From Oscillospiraceae bacterium (GTDB lineage Bacteria > Bacillota > Clostridia > Oscillospirales > Acutalibacteraceae), in the NCBI GenBank assembly GCA_022483045.1, contig JAKVOA010000001.1, positions 207,750 to 271,749 on the forward strand: 64,000 bases of DNA, read 5' to 3'. Positions 9,366 through 17,355 of the stretch are shown here, in pieces. The translations under genes and the position numbers were made by a program. Each line of letters opens with the position of its first letter. Within the stretch, counting starts at the first letter, position 1. The notes below the pieces were generated by a model that ran no database searches, was not told where the DNA came from, and worked only from the letters and a program-made list of their open reading frames with translations.

Positions 9366-10562
9366 ATGTATGTCAAAGATGCGGAACAGATGCTTACGCA
9401 AAAACTGATTCCGTTTTGGCAGGGCATGCGGGACAATGAAAACGGCGGTTTCACCGGCTGGATGGACTTTGACCAGAAGAAAAATCTCAAGGCAGAAAAA
9501 GGCTGCATTTTGCACAGCCGTATCCTTTGGTTCTTCTCTACAGCGTCTATGGTTCTGCACCGGGCTGACCTGCTGGATGATGCAACACATGCTTACAAAT
9601 TTTTAAAACAGTATTGCGTTGATAAACAAAACGGCGGCATTTACTGGTCTGTCAATTATGACGGAAGCGTGCTCGACAGCACTAAGCACACCTATAACCA
9701 GGCATTTGCTATCTATGCGTTTTCCGCTTATTACCGCGCTTCCGGCGACAAAGAGGCGCTGGCGGCGGCAAAGGCTCTGTACAATTTAATTGAGCACAAC
9801 TGCACAGATACGGTTGGTTATTTAGAGGCATTTGACCGGCAGTTCCGCCCGGTTTCCAACGAAAAGCTTTCGGACAACAAGACACTGCTGGCACAGGGCA
9901 AAGTAGCAGAGAAAACCATGAATACCCTGCTGCATGTGTTTGAGGGCTACAGCGGCCTGTATGAGGCAGCCCACGACCCGCAAGTCGGCCAAAGCATGCG
10001 CCATATTCTACAGATTTTCTTAAATTCTGTTTACAATCCCCTAAAACGCAGACAAGAAGTCTTTTTCGACAAGAACCTTAACAGCCTGATCGACATGCAG
10101 TCTTATGGCCACGATATTGAAACCTCCTGGCTTTTGGACTGGGGCTGCGGCCTGCTGCACGACAATGCCCTGGACCAGCAGGTGCAGGACGCCGATTCTG
10201 CATTGGCCGCAGAGGTTTACCGCAGCGCGTACCACAAGCATTCTGTATGGAATGAATGTGTACTGGGGCAAGTGGACAAAACCCGCGTTTGGTGGGTACA
10301 GGCAGAGTCGGTAGTCGGCTTTTTAAATGCCTATCAAAAGCACCCCGAACATAAAGAGTACCTGCAGGCAGCTGCAAATATCTGGCAGTACATCAACGAC
10401 CACTTGGTCGACCCGCGCGCGGGTTCAGAGTGGTTCTGGCAGGTGGACGATGACGGACAGCCGGACCGCAGCAAACCAATCGTAGAGCCATGGAAGTGCC
10501 CGTACCACAACGGCCGCATGTGCTTTGAAATTATAAGGAGGGGTATCGATGCTCCATGCTGA
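9366..10562 (+). CDS. AGE-family epimerase (cellobiose/mannobiose 2-epimerase-like)
   Basis: 398 aa with N-acylglucosamine 2-epimerase-fold-like sequence. Located between the two GH130 genes. AAGGAGGAAG RBS. Confidence 0.75.
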   Translation: MYVKDAEQMLTQKLIPFWQGMRDNENGGFTGWMDFDQKKNLKAEKGCILHSRILWFFSTASMVLHRADLLDDATHAYKFLKQYCVDKQNGGIYWSVNYDGSVLDSTKHTYNQAFAIYAFSAYYRASGDKEALAAAKALYNLIEHNCTDTVGYLEAFDRQFRPVSNEKLSDNKTLLAQGKVAEKTMNTLLHVFEGYSGLYEAAHDPQVGQSMRHILQIFLNSVYNPLKRRQEVFFDKNLNSLIDMQSYGHDIETSWLLDWGCGLLHDNALDQQVQDADSALAAEVYRSAYHKHSVWNECVLGQVDKTRVWWVQAESVVGFLNAYQKHPEHKEYLQAAANIWQYINDHLVDPRAGSEWFWQVDDDGQPDRSKPIVEPWKCPYHNGRMCFEIIRRGIDAPC

Positions 10563-11730
10563 GTATTACTGCCAAAAAGAAAAACAGGAGCGTCTGCTTG
10601 CCCGCCCTAATGTGCCGCAGGAGGGCTACAACGGCATTTTTACCCGCTGGGAATACCCTGTCTTAACCCGCGAGCATATTCCGCTGTACTGGAAGTACGA
10701 CCTGAATACAGAAACAAACCCCTATTTCATGGAGCGCCTTGGCGTCAACACCGTTTTTAATGCTGGTGCGCTGGAACTCAACGGAAAGTTTTATCTGGTT
10801 GCCCGCATAGAGGGGGCCGACCGCAAGTCTTTCTTTGGGGTCGCGGAAAGCGATAATCCGGTACAGGGCTTTCGCTTTTGGGACTACCCGGTTCAACTGC
10901 CGGACACCTGCCCGGATGAGACCGATGTGTACGACATGCGCTTGACCAAACATGAAGACGGCTGGATTTACGGCGTTTTCTGCTCAGAAAGCAAAGATAA
11001 AAGTGTAAACGACCTTTCGGCTGCCACAGCTGCCGCGGGAATCGCGCGCACAAAAGACCTGAAGCACTGGGAGCGGCTGGAAAACTTAAAGACTCTGCAT
11101 TCTCCTCAGCAGCGCAATGTGCTGCTACTGCCGAATTTTGTAAACGGCAAGTACGCTTTCTATACTCGCCCCATGGACAGCTTCATCGACACCGGTTCTG
11201 GCGGCGGCATTGGCTTTGGTCTGTGTGACGACATCTGCCATGCGGTTATTGACGAGGAAAAGATCACCAGTGCACGCCATTTCCACCGGATTACCGAAGA
11301 AAAGAACGGCGCCGGTGCGGTGCCAATCCGTACGGACCGCGGCTGGCTTCACATTGCGCACGCTGTGCGCAACACAGCGGCAGGTCTGCGGTATGTTCTG
11401 TACGCATTTGCGACGGACCTCAATGATCCCTCCAAAGTGATTGCCGAGCCAGGTGGCTATCTGCTTGCCCCGTTTGGTGATGAGCGCGTAGGCGATGTTT
11501 CCAATGTCGTCTTTACCAATGGGGCCATTGCCCGCGAAAACGGCGAAGTTTATATCTATTACGCTTCCTGTGACACACGCCTGCACGTTGCCTCTACCAC
11601 GATTGATCGTTTGACCGATTATGTGTTCTCAACCCCGCGCGATGCAGACCGTTCAGCCGACTGCGTAAAGCAGCGCAGTGCACTGATTGCGAAGAATTTG
11701 GACATTTTAAAGGCGGAAGGGGAACTGTAA
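10549..11730 (+). CDS. GH130 glycoside phosphorylase (4-O-beta-D-mannosyl-D-glucose phosphorylase-like)
   Basis: 393 aa, the longer GH130 subtype. Start overlaps the epimerase gene by 14 nt. AAGGAGGGG RBS. Confidence 0.75.
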   Translation: MLHAEYYCQKEKQERLLARPNVPQEGYNGIFTRWEYPVLTREHIPLYWKYDLNTETNPYFMERLGVNTVFNAGALELNGKFYLVARIEGADRKSFFGVAESDNPVQGFRFWDYPVQLPDTCPDETDVYDMRLTKHEDGWIYGVFCSESKDKSVNDLSAATAAAGIARTKDLKHWERLENLKTLHSPQQRNVLLLPNFVNGKYAFYTRPMDSFIDTGSGGGIGFGLCDDICHAVIDEEKITSARHFHRITEEKNGAGAVPIRTDRGWLHIAHAVRNTAAGLRYVLYAFATDLNDPSKVIAEPGGYLLAPFGDERVGDVSNVVFTNGAIARENGEVYIYYASCDTRLHVASTTIDRLTDYVFSTPRDADRSADCVKQRSALIAKNLDILKAEGEL

Positions 11731-11736
11731 AGCATT

Positions 11737-13254
11737 ATGAAAAAGGAAGCATTCTTTTGTGCGGCTGTATTTTCCAGTCACATGGTTTTACAGCGTGAAA
11801 AAGCAGTGGAAATTTTCGGTGCCGGCCGTGCGGGCAGCCGCGTGACGGTTACAATCGACGGCTGCCGTGCACAGTCTGCTGTCAAAGAAAGCAGATGGTG
11901 TGTCAAGCTGCCGCCGCACTCAGCCGGTGGGCCGTACACCATGGCAGTAACCGACGGCACAGATACTTTTACCTTTACAGATGTACTGTTTGGTGAGGTC
12001 TGGCTTGCGGGCGGGCAGAGCAACATGGAGTTTGAGCTGCAGAACTGCAAGGGCGGCAGGGCAGAACTGACCGCCTGCCAAAATGACCAGCTGCGCTTTT
12101 ATAATGTAGGAAAATGTGCAAACCAAAATGAAGAACTGCTGGAGTCGGAACGGAAGAACTGCTGGCGGGTCAGCTCTGAAAAAGCCTGTGCAGATGTTTC
12201 TGCGGTTGCCTATTTCTGTGCAAAAAAGCTGCAGAAAGAGCTGCAGGTGCCAGTTGGTATTATCGATTGCTACTGGGGTGGCACCTCTATCAGCTGCTGG
12301 ATGCCAAAAGAGCAGCTGATGCGCTCCTTAGCGGGCCGGCGGTATATCGATGTGTTTCAGGAGCAGGTCGGCAGCACAACGGATGAGGAATTTGAGCGGG
12401 ACATGCAGGCGTTTCAGATAAAAATTGACGCTTGGAATGACCGCGTCAAACAATGCCGTGCAGTAGACCCGGATATTTCCTGGGCAGCACTCAGTGAGCG
12501 CTGCGGGGCATGCCCGTGGCCGCCGCCTATCGGCTGGCCTTCACCGTACCGGCCCGCCGGGCTGTACGAGACTATGCTGCAGCGCGTCATGCCGTACACA
12601 ATCCGCGGCTTTCTGTATTATCAGGGAGAACAGGATGAGGACTACTGCAAAGATTACGGCGAGATGATGCTTTACCTGATTGCCCAGTGGCGTGCTGATT
12701 GGCATGACGAGGCGTTGCCATTCCTGTTTGTGCAGCTGCCCATGTATGCCGCAAAAGAAGAGTATGACAAAGGTCTGGACAATGGCCGCTGGTGTATTCT
12801 GCGGCAAAAGCAGCAGTGGGTCTGCCGCTTTGTGTGCGGCACGGCAATGGCGGTTGCACTGGACTGCGGGGAGCTCGACAACATGCACCCGACCAACAAA
12901 GAGCCCGTTGGCTGCCGCTTAGCGCTGCAGGCTCTGCAGAAAGTGTACGGCTTCCCGGTAAAGGCAGATGGTCCGGTCTGCACAGGCTGCCGCCCGGAAG
13001 GACATTCTCTGCGTGCTTTTTTTGCGCACACAGGCGGTTTCCTGCAGCTCAAAGGGCCCTGCGGCAGTGCATTTGAGACTGCCGGAGAAGACGGCCGCTT
13101 CTTTGCTGCACAAGCGCAGGTGCAGGGACAAACCCTGCTGCTCACCGCTGCAAAGGTGCCCATGCCTTGCCAAGTGCGGTATGCGTGGAAAAATTTTGCA
13201 CAGACGCCGCTTTACGGCGCAGAAAATCTGCCGGCGGCACCTTTTTGCCGCTGA
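11737..13254 (+). CDS. SASA/DUF303-type (SGNH-like) carbohydrate O-acetylesterase
   Basis: 505 aa with catalytic block WLAGGQSNME typical of the sialate O-acetylesterase family. Context suggests an acetyl-mannan esterase. Confidence 0.75.
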   Translation: MKKEAFFCAAVFSSHMVLQREKAVEIFGAGRAGSRVTVTIDGCRAQSAVKESRWCVKLPPHSAGGPYTMAVTDGTDTFTFTDVLFGEVWLAGGQSNMEFELQNCKGGRAELTACQNDQLRFYNVGKCANQNEELLESERKNCWRVSSEKACADVSAVAYFCAKKLQKELQVPVGIIDCYWGGTSISCWMPKEQLMRSLAGRRYIDVFQEQVGSTTDEEFERDMQAFQIKIDAWNDRVKQCRAVDPDISWAALSERCGACPWPPPIGWPSPYRPAGLYETMLQRVMPYTIRGFLYYQGEQDEDYCKDYGEMMLYLIAQWRADWHDEALPFLFVQLPMYAAKEEYDKGLDNGRWCILRQKQQWVCRFVCGTAMAVALDCGELDNMHPTNKEPVGCRLALQALQKVYGFPVKADGPVCTGCRPEGHSLRAFFAHTGGFLQLKGPCGSAFETAGEDGRFFAAQAQVQGQTLLLTAAKVPMPCQVRYAWKNFAQTPLYGAENLPAAPFCR

Positions 13255-13262
13255 AAAATAAA

Positions 13263-13308
13263 AAGACAGCTGCAGGAGCTTTTTCGGGGCTTCTGCAGCT
13301 GTCTTTGC
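13263..13308 (+). terminator. terminator of the mannan-locus operon
   Basis: 13-bp perfect stem AAGACAGCTGCAG / CTGCAGCTGTCTT. The T tract is short. Confidence 0.55.
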
Positions 13309-13452
13309 TGCATATAAGGAAAGATATTCCTAAATTACGACACTTTTGTAACCGGTTTTTTCCAGTTTAGCCTTTTCTACAAGAGCGGAAACATGTATAA
13401 TGATAAAAAGAAATTTTTTCGTAAATGTCACAATTCAGCAGGAGTGAGGACA

Positions 13453-14169
13453 ATGCCGATACCGATAAAAATTGCAGTATGTGACGATGACGCCGTTTTT
13501 TGCGAGCAGCTGAAACAGGAAATTGCACAGTACTTTGCGTCGCGGCAGTTGGAGGTGGAAATCTCTGTTTTTCATTCCGGAGAAGAGCTGACAGCACAGC
13601 CTAAAAGTTACCATTTGGCTTTTTTGGATATCGAAATGGAGAAAATGAACGGAATTCAGGCGGGCCGTTGGCTGAAAAAGCAAAACCCAGACGTGCTTCT
13701 GTTTTTCATTACGGCGTATGACTGCTACTTGGACGATGCCTTTGACCTCGACGCATTTCGGTACCTGAAAAAACCGGTGGACAAAGACCGCCTGTACCAT
13801 GGGCTGGACGTTGCCCTGCAAAACAACCACCGCCTTTCCTGCATGATTGACGGCAAACTGCGTATCATTTTTGTACGGGATATTGTGTGTGTGTACGCCG
13901 AAAAAGGAAAATCTGTTTTAATTACGCAGGACAGTACCTTTTATACAGCTTATCCCCTGGCACATTGGAAAAAGCAGCTGTACGAGCCTTTCTTTTCGCA
14001 GCCGCACAGCAGCTATATTATCAATTTCTATTATGTTGCCAAGTTTGAAAAGGAAGCGGTAACCCTGCAGTACGGCAAAAATCAAATGAAAATTTACATC
14101 TCGCAAAGAAGGTACTACCCCTTTCGGCATGACTTTTTTCAGTGGATGGAGAGCGGGCAGAATACATGA
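13453..14169 (+). CDS. LytTR-family two-component response regulator
   Basis: Receiver domain (IAVCDDD ... FLDIEM) plus a C-terminal LytTR DNA-binding domain. ATG 13453 follows AGGAGTGAGG. The TGA stop overlaps the kinase ATG (ATGA). Confidence 0.85.
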   Translation: MPIPIKIAVCDDDAVFCEQLKQEIAQYFASRQLEVEISVFHSGEELTAQPKSYHLAFLDIEMEKMNGIQAGRWLKKQNPDVLLFFITAYDCYLDDAFDLDAFRYLKKPVDKDRLYHGLDVALQNNHRLSCMIDGKLRIIFVRDIVCVYAEKGKSVLITQDSTFYTAYPLAHWKKQLYEPFFSQPHSSYIINFYYVAKFEKEAVTLQYGKNQMKIYISQRRYYPFRHDFFQWMESGQNT

Positions 14170-15512
14170 ACACTGCCGCAGCCATTTTTCTGTATTTATT
14201 TGAAGAAATCGTTATTTTCGATTATTTCAATGCTTTTTTTTGCTGCAGAAAGAACAAATGGGGTACGCTGGCAGCCTTTTCGGCGGGCGCTGCTCTGCAG
14301 GGAGCGCTGTTTTTCCCGGACAAAATGGTCTTAAATTTTGTGTTGTTTATGGCGGTCAACGTTCTGTTGCTTCATTTTTGCTATCAGGTCAAGCTGAAAA
14401 TAGCCTTTTTTCAGTGCCTGCTCTTATCTGTCTTTATTTACGTTAGTGGTATGATTGTCAGTTCCTCTATGCATCTTGTTGCAGCAAAGCCTGACTTTGG
14501 CACGGATTCTTCGCGTATGCTGCTGCTTTCGGCTTTAAGCAAGCTTCTGTTTTTTGTTTTTTGCCAGATTGCAAAGCACTTTGCCGTGCGGGAAGAGGAG
14601 CAGAGCAGGCTGCCCATAAAGTCGCTGTGGTTGTACATGCTGCCGGCTTGTTCTCTGCTTTTGCTGTACTACGGCTATGCACTGTCGCTGCAGACTCAGA
14701 CCCCATATCTGCAGCATGTTCTTCTTGCAGGTTCTCTGCTTCTGTTGTTTTCCAATATTCTGGTGTTCATGGTCTATGAAAATCTGGTAAAAACCATACA
14801 TGCGGTAACCAAATTGTAGCTGGAGCGGCAGAAAGATAAAATTGAGCATGCCTATACCGGTATTTTACAGTCACAGAATGAAAATTCGCGTAGGTTGATC
14901 CATGATATCAAAAATCATTTAGCTGCGATCGAAATATTAGCAGAAAAAGGCGATACAGAAAAAATTAAAAACTATATTGCCTCTATTGATAAAAGCTATC
15001 AGCTTCCTACACAGGCTGTGGCACAGACAGGCAGTATTTTAAATGCTATCTGCAGCTATAAGCAGGAACAGTGTGAAAAAGAAGACATTTCTTTTACCGT
15101 GCAGAATACGGGTGCTGACTTCGCTTTTTTGGATGATGCAGATCTCTGCACAGTTTTAACCAACTTGTTGGATAATGCAATGGAGGCCAGCCGTGTTTCA
15201 CAGGAAAAGAAAGTTTCGGTTTTGTTTTCTGCCCGCAAAAACTGTTTCCAGACGATGAATGTATGTAACAGCTGTGACAGGCCGCCACTGCTTTTTGGCC
15301 GCTGCTTGATTTCGCGCAAAAAGGGCAGTGGGCATGGTTTGGGTATGCGCAGCATTGAGACGGTCGTAAAAAAATACAGTGGTGTGCTGGACTACCGCTA
15401 TGACGACAAAAAGCGGGTGTTTCATGCCAATGTCCTTTTTCCGCAACCGGCTTCTTTTGCTCATAAAACAGCTCTTGCTGCTTCAGGAAAAAAGACAAAA
15501 GCTGTAAAATGA
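14166..15512 (+). pseudogene. AgrC-like (HPK10-type) GHKL sensor histidine kinase interrupted by a single in-frame TAG at 14817-14819
   Basis: ORFs 14142..14819 (polytopic membrane domain) and 14895..15512 (H-box IHDIKNHL, N-box LLDNAMEA, G-box GSGHGLGM) are in the same frame. No other stop lies between them. Confidence 0.7.
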
Positions 15513-15967
15513 TAGAACAATCTATATCGTTTATCACTCGTTTTTTATCACTTATCGCTTTCGTGTTGCAAATCACGAAACAAAAAGCGTAAACTAGAAA
15601 GCGTTCTAGAAATTCTTTTTCATCGATTATAACCAAGGCATTTAAAAAGCTGCTGAATGCAGACCCCTGTTCTGTACAGAGCTTTTTGGTGCCGGCAAAT
15701 CGCCGGGGACTGCACTGTAAACTTTGTGAAAGCACGTTGTGTGCAACACGAATGAATGTGGCTTTATGTCACCTTTTGGTGCAGTTTACAGTAAAAGACA
15801 GCCAAAAATTCCGTTTCTTTGTTGTTTAAGTTCAGAATGTTTTGTCTTCAATGTTTTGCCTCTTTTCTTCTGTAGATCAATTTTGCAGTTAGCCCCTGCA
15901 GAGTTGTATGGCTGTCTTGGCAGGAAAGCCTGCTTTGTGAAAGTTAAAATGCCCGGCGCTGGTTTTG

Positions 15968-16017
15968 GGATAGAGTAACTGCCGCATCAGTTACTCTATC
16001 CTTTTTATTTTTTTCGC
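15968..16017 (+). terminator. strong rho-independent terminator
   Basis: 14-bp perfect stem GGATAGAGTAACTG / CAGTTACTCTATCC with loop CCGCAT, followed by TTTTTATTTTTTT. Confidence 0.8.
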
Positions 16018-16155
16018 TGCGGCGCTGCTTTTGTGCAGAGAAAAGAAGCTTTTTGGCATAAATGTGATATAATAAAAAATATATCAGATGGTTTTTCATA
16101 TATTTTGCAGAAGTACTGGAATTTTGTGCAAAAAAGGCCATGCCGGCTGATGACA

Positions 16156-16171
16156 GTGAAATCGATTTCAC
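16156..16171. promoter_or_regulatory. perfect 16-bp palindrome GTGAAATCGATTTCAC (LacI-family operator / cre-like box)
   Basis: Self-complementary. The core TGAAATCGATTTCA fits the cre/LacI-type consensus TGWAANCGNTNWCA. Ends 18 nt before the scrR start. Confidence 0.6.
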
Positions 16172-16188
16172 AGGGAGCTTAGCAAATT

Positions 16189-17175
16189 ATGAATATTACC
16201 GAGATTGCAAAGTTGGCGGGCGTCTCAAAGGCGGCGGTCAGCCGCTACTTTAACGGCGGGTATTTAAGTGCGGAAAAGAGTGAAGCAGTCAGGCGGGTAG
16301 TGGAGCAGACTGGCTATGAGCCAAATGTGCAGGCGCAAATGCTGCGCCGCCAGCGCACCCGGCAAATCGGCGTGGTGCTGCCAAAACTGAGCAGCGAAAG
16401 CTGCGCCCGCGTGACAGACGGTATCAGTTCTGTCCTGAGCGGCTATGGCTACCAGTTGATGCTGGCGAATACGGCAAATGACCCGAGCAAAGAGATTGCC
16501 TATCTTGACCTGCTGCGCCGGCACCATGTTGAGGGGGTCATTTTCCTTGCCAGTATTTTTACGCCGGAGCACGACAGCGTGCTGAAAAACATGCACATTC
16601 CGGTAGTCATTGTCGGGCAGCGGCATGCGGGCTACAACTGTGTCTATCACGATGACCGTGGTGCGGCAGAGGCCGTAACCAGTTTAATGCTGCGCCATGG
16701 CTGTCGCAGGCCCGGCTATATCGGGGTCACGGCAAAAGACCACGCCGCCGGCTACGAGCGGCTGCAGGGCTATCTGCAGGCGCTGAAAGCGGCCGGCCTG
16801 CATGCGCAAGAGCGCTTTATGAAAACGGCTGCGTTCAATATGGATGCCGGCTATGAAAAAGCGAAAGAACTGCTTTGCGAGCGTGAGCGGCCCGACGGCA
16901 TTTTCTGTGCGACTGACAACATCGCTGTCGGTGCCATGCAGTACTGCCGTAAGACCGGCCTGCGCATTCCACAGGACGTGATGGTTGCCGGCATTGGGGA
17001 TTCCCGCATGGCGCAGGTCACAGCGGTGCCGCTGACCAGTGCACATCTTTTTTATAAAACCAGCGGGGAAGAGGCCGCGCAGATGATGCTGACGCTGCTG
17101 CAAAAACATACGAGCGGCACCCGCAGTCTGCAGCTTGGTTTTCAGGTGGCTGAGCGCGAGTCTACCCACCGATAA
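16189..17175 (+). CDS. scrR: LacI-family regulator of the sucrose operon
   Basis: HTH MNITEIAKLAGVSKAAVSRYFNGG plus a sugar-binding domain. Located directly upstream of the sucrose PTS and hydrolase genes. Confidence 0.8.
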   Translation: MNITEIAKLAGVSKAAVSRYFNGGYLSAEKSEAVRRVVEQTGYEPNVQAQMLRRQRTRQIGVVLPKLSSESCARVTDGISSVLSGYGYQLMLANTANDPSKEIAYLDLLRRHHVEGVIFLASIFTPEHDSVLKNMHIPVVIVGQRHAGYNCVYHDDRGAAEAVTSLMLRHGCRRPGYIGVTAKDHAAGYERLQGYLQALKAAGLHAQERFMKTAAFNMDAGYEKAKELLCERERPDGIFCATDNIAVGAMQYCRKTGLRIPQDVMVAGIGDSRMAQVTAVPLTSAHLFYKTSGEEAAQMMLTLLQKHTSGTRSLQLGFQVAERESTHR

Positions 17176-17355
17176 ACGCTTAAAGTGCGCTTTTGATATG
17201 AAACCGTATGAAACCCATAACACTTTGTATGAAAATTGAGAATGCTTGTCAATAGACATTTCTCCCTGTATTCTTGTACAATATAGATAAAGGAAATCTT
17301 AGAAATCTAGAGAAGACTCCGAAAACACTGTATTGAAAAGGAAAGGAAGAGAGAG

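Noticed and set aside
14817-14819. TAG in the kinase as programmed recoding (pyrrolysine or a reassigned amber codon)
   Set aside because: TAG is used as an ordinary stop elsewhere in the window, for example in the LacI gene at 3649-3651 and the GNAT gene at 51092-51094. No pyl genes are present. A nonsense mutation or a sequencing error is more parsimonious.
15739-15978. 79-aa Cys-rich ORF (GTG start) ending inside the terminator stem; considered as a RiPP or signal-peptide precursor for the agr-like system
   Set aside because: No Shine-Dalgarno precedes the GTG or the internal ATGs, and there is no leader/core architecture or AgrD-like pattern. The other small ORFs in the stretch are 9-25 codons without an RBS. 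I kept it only as part of the non-coding-tail finding.
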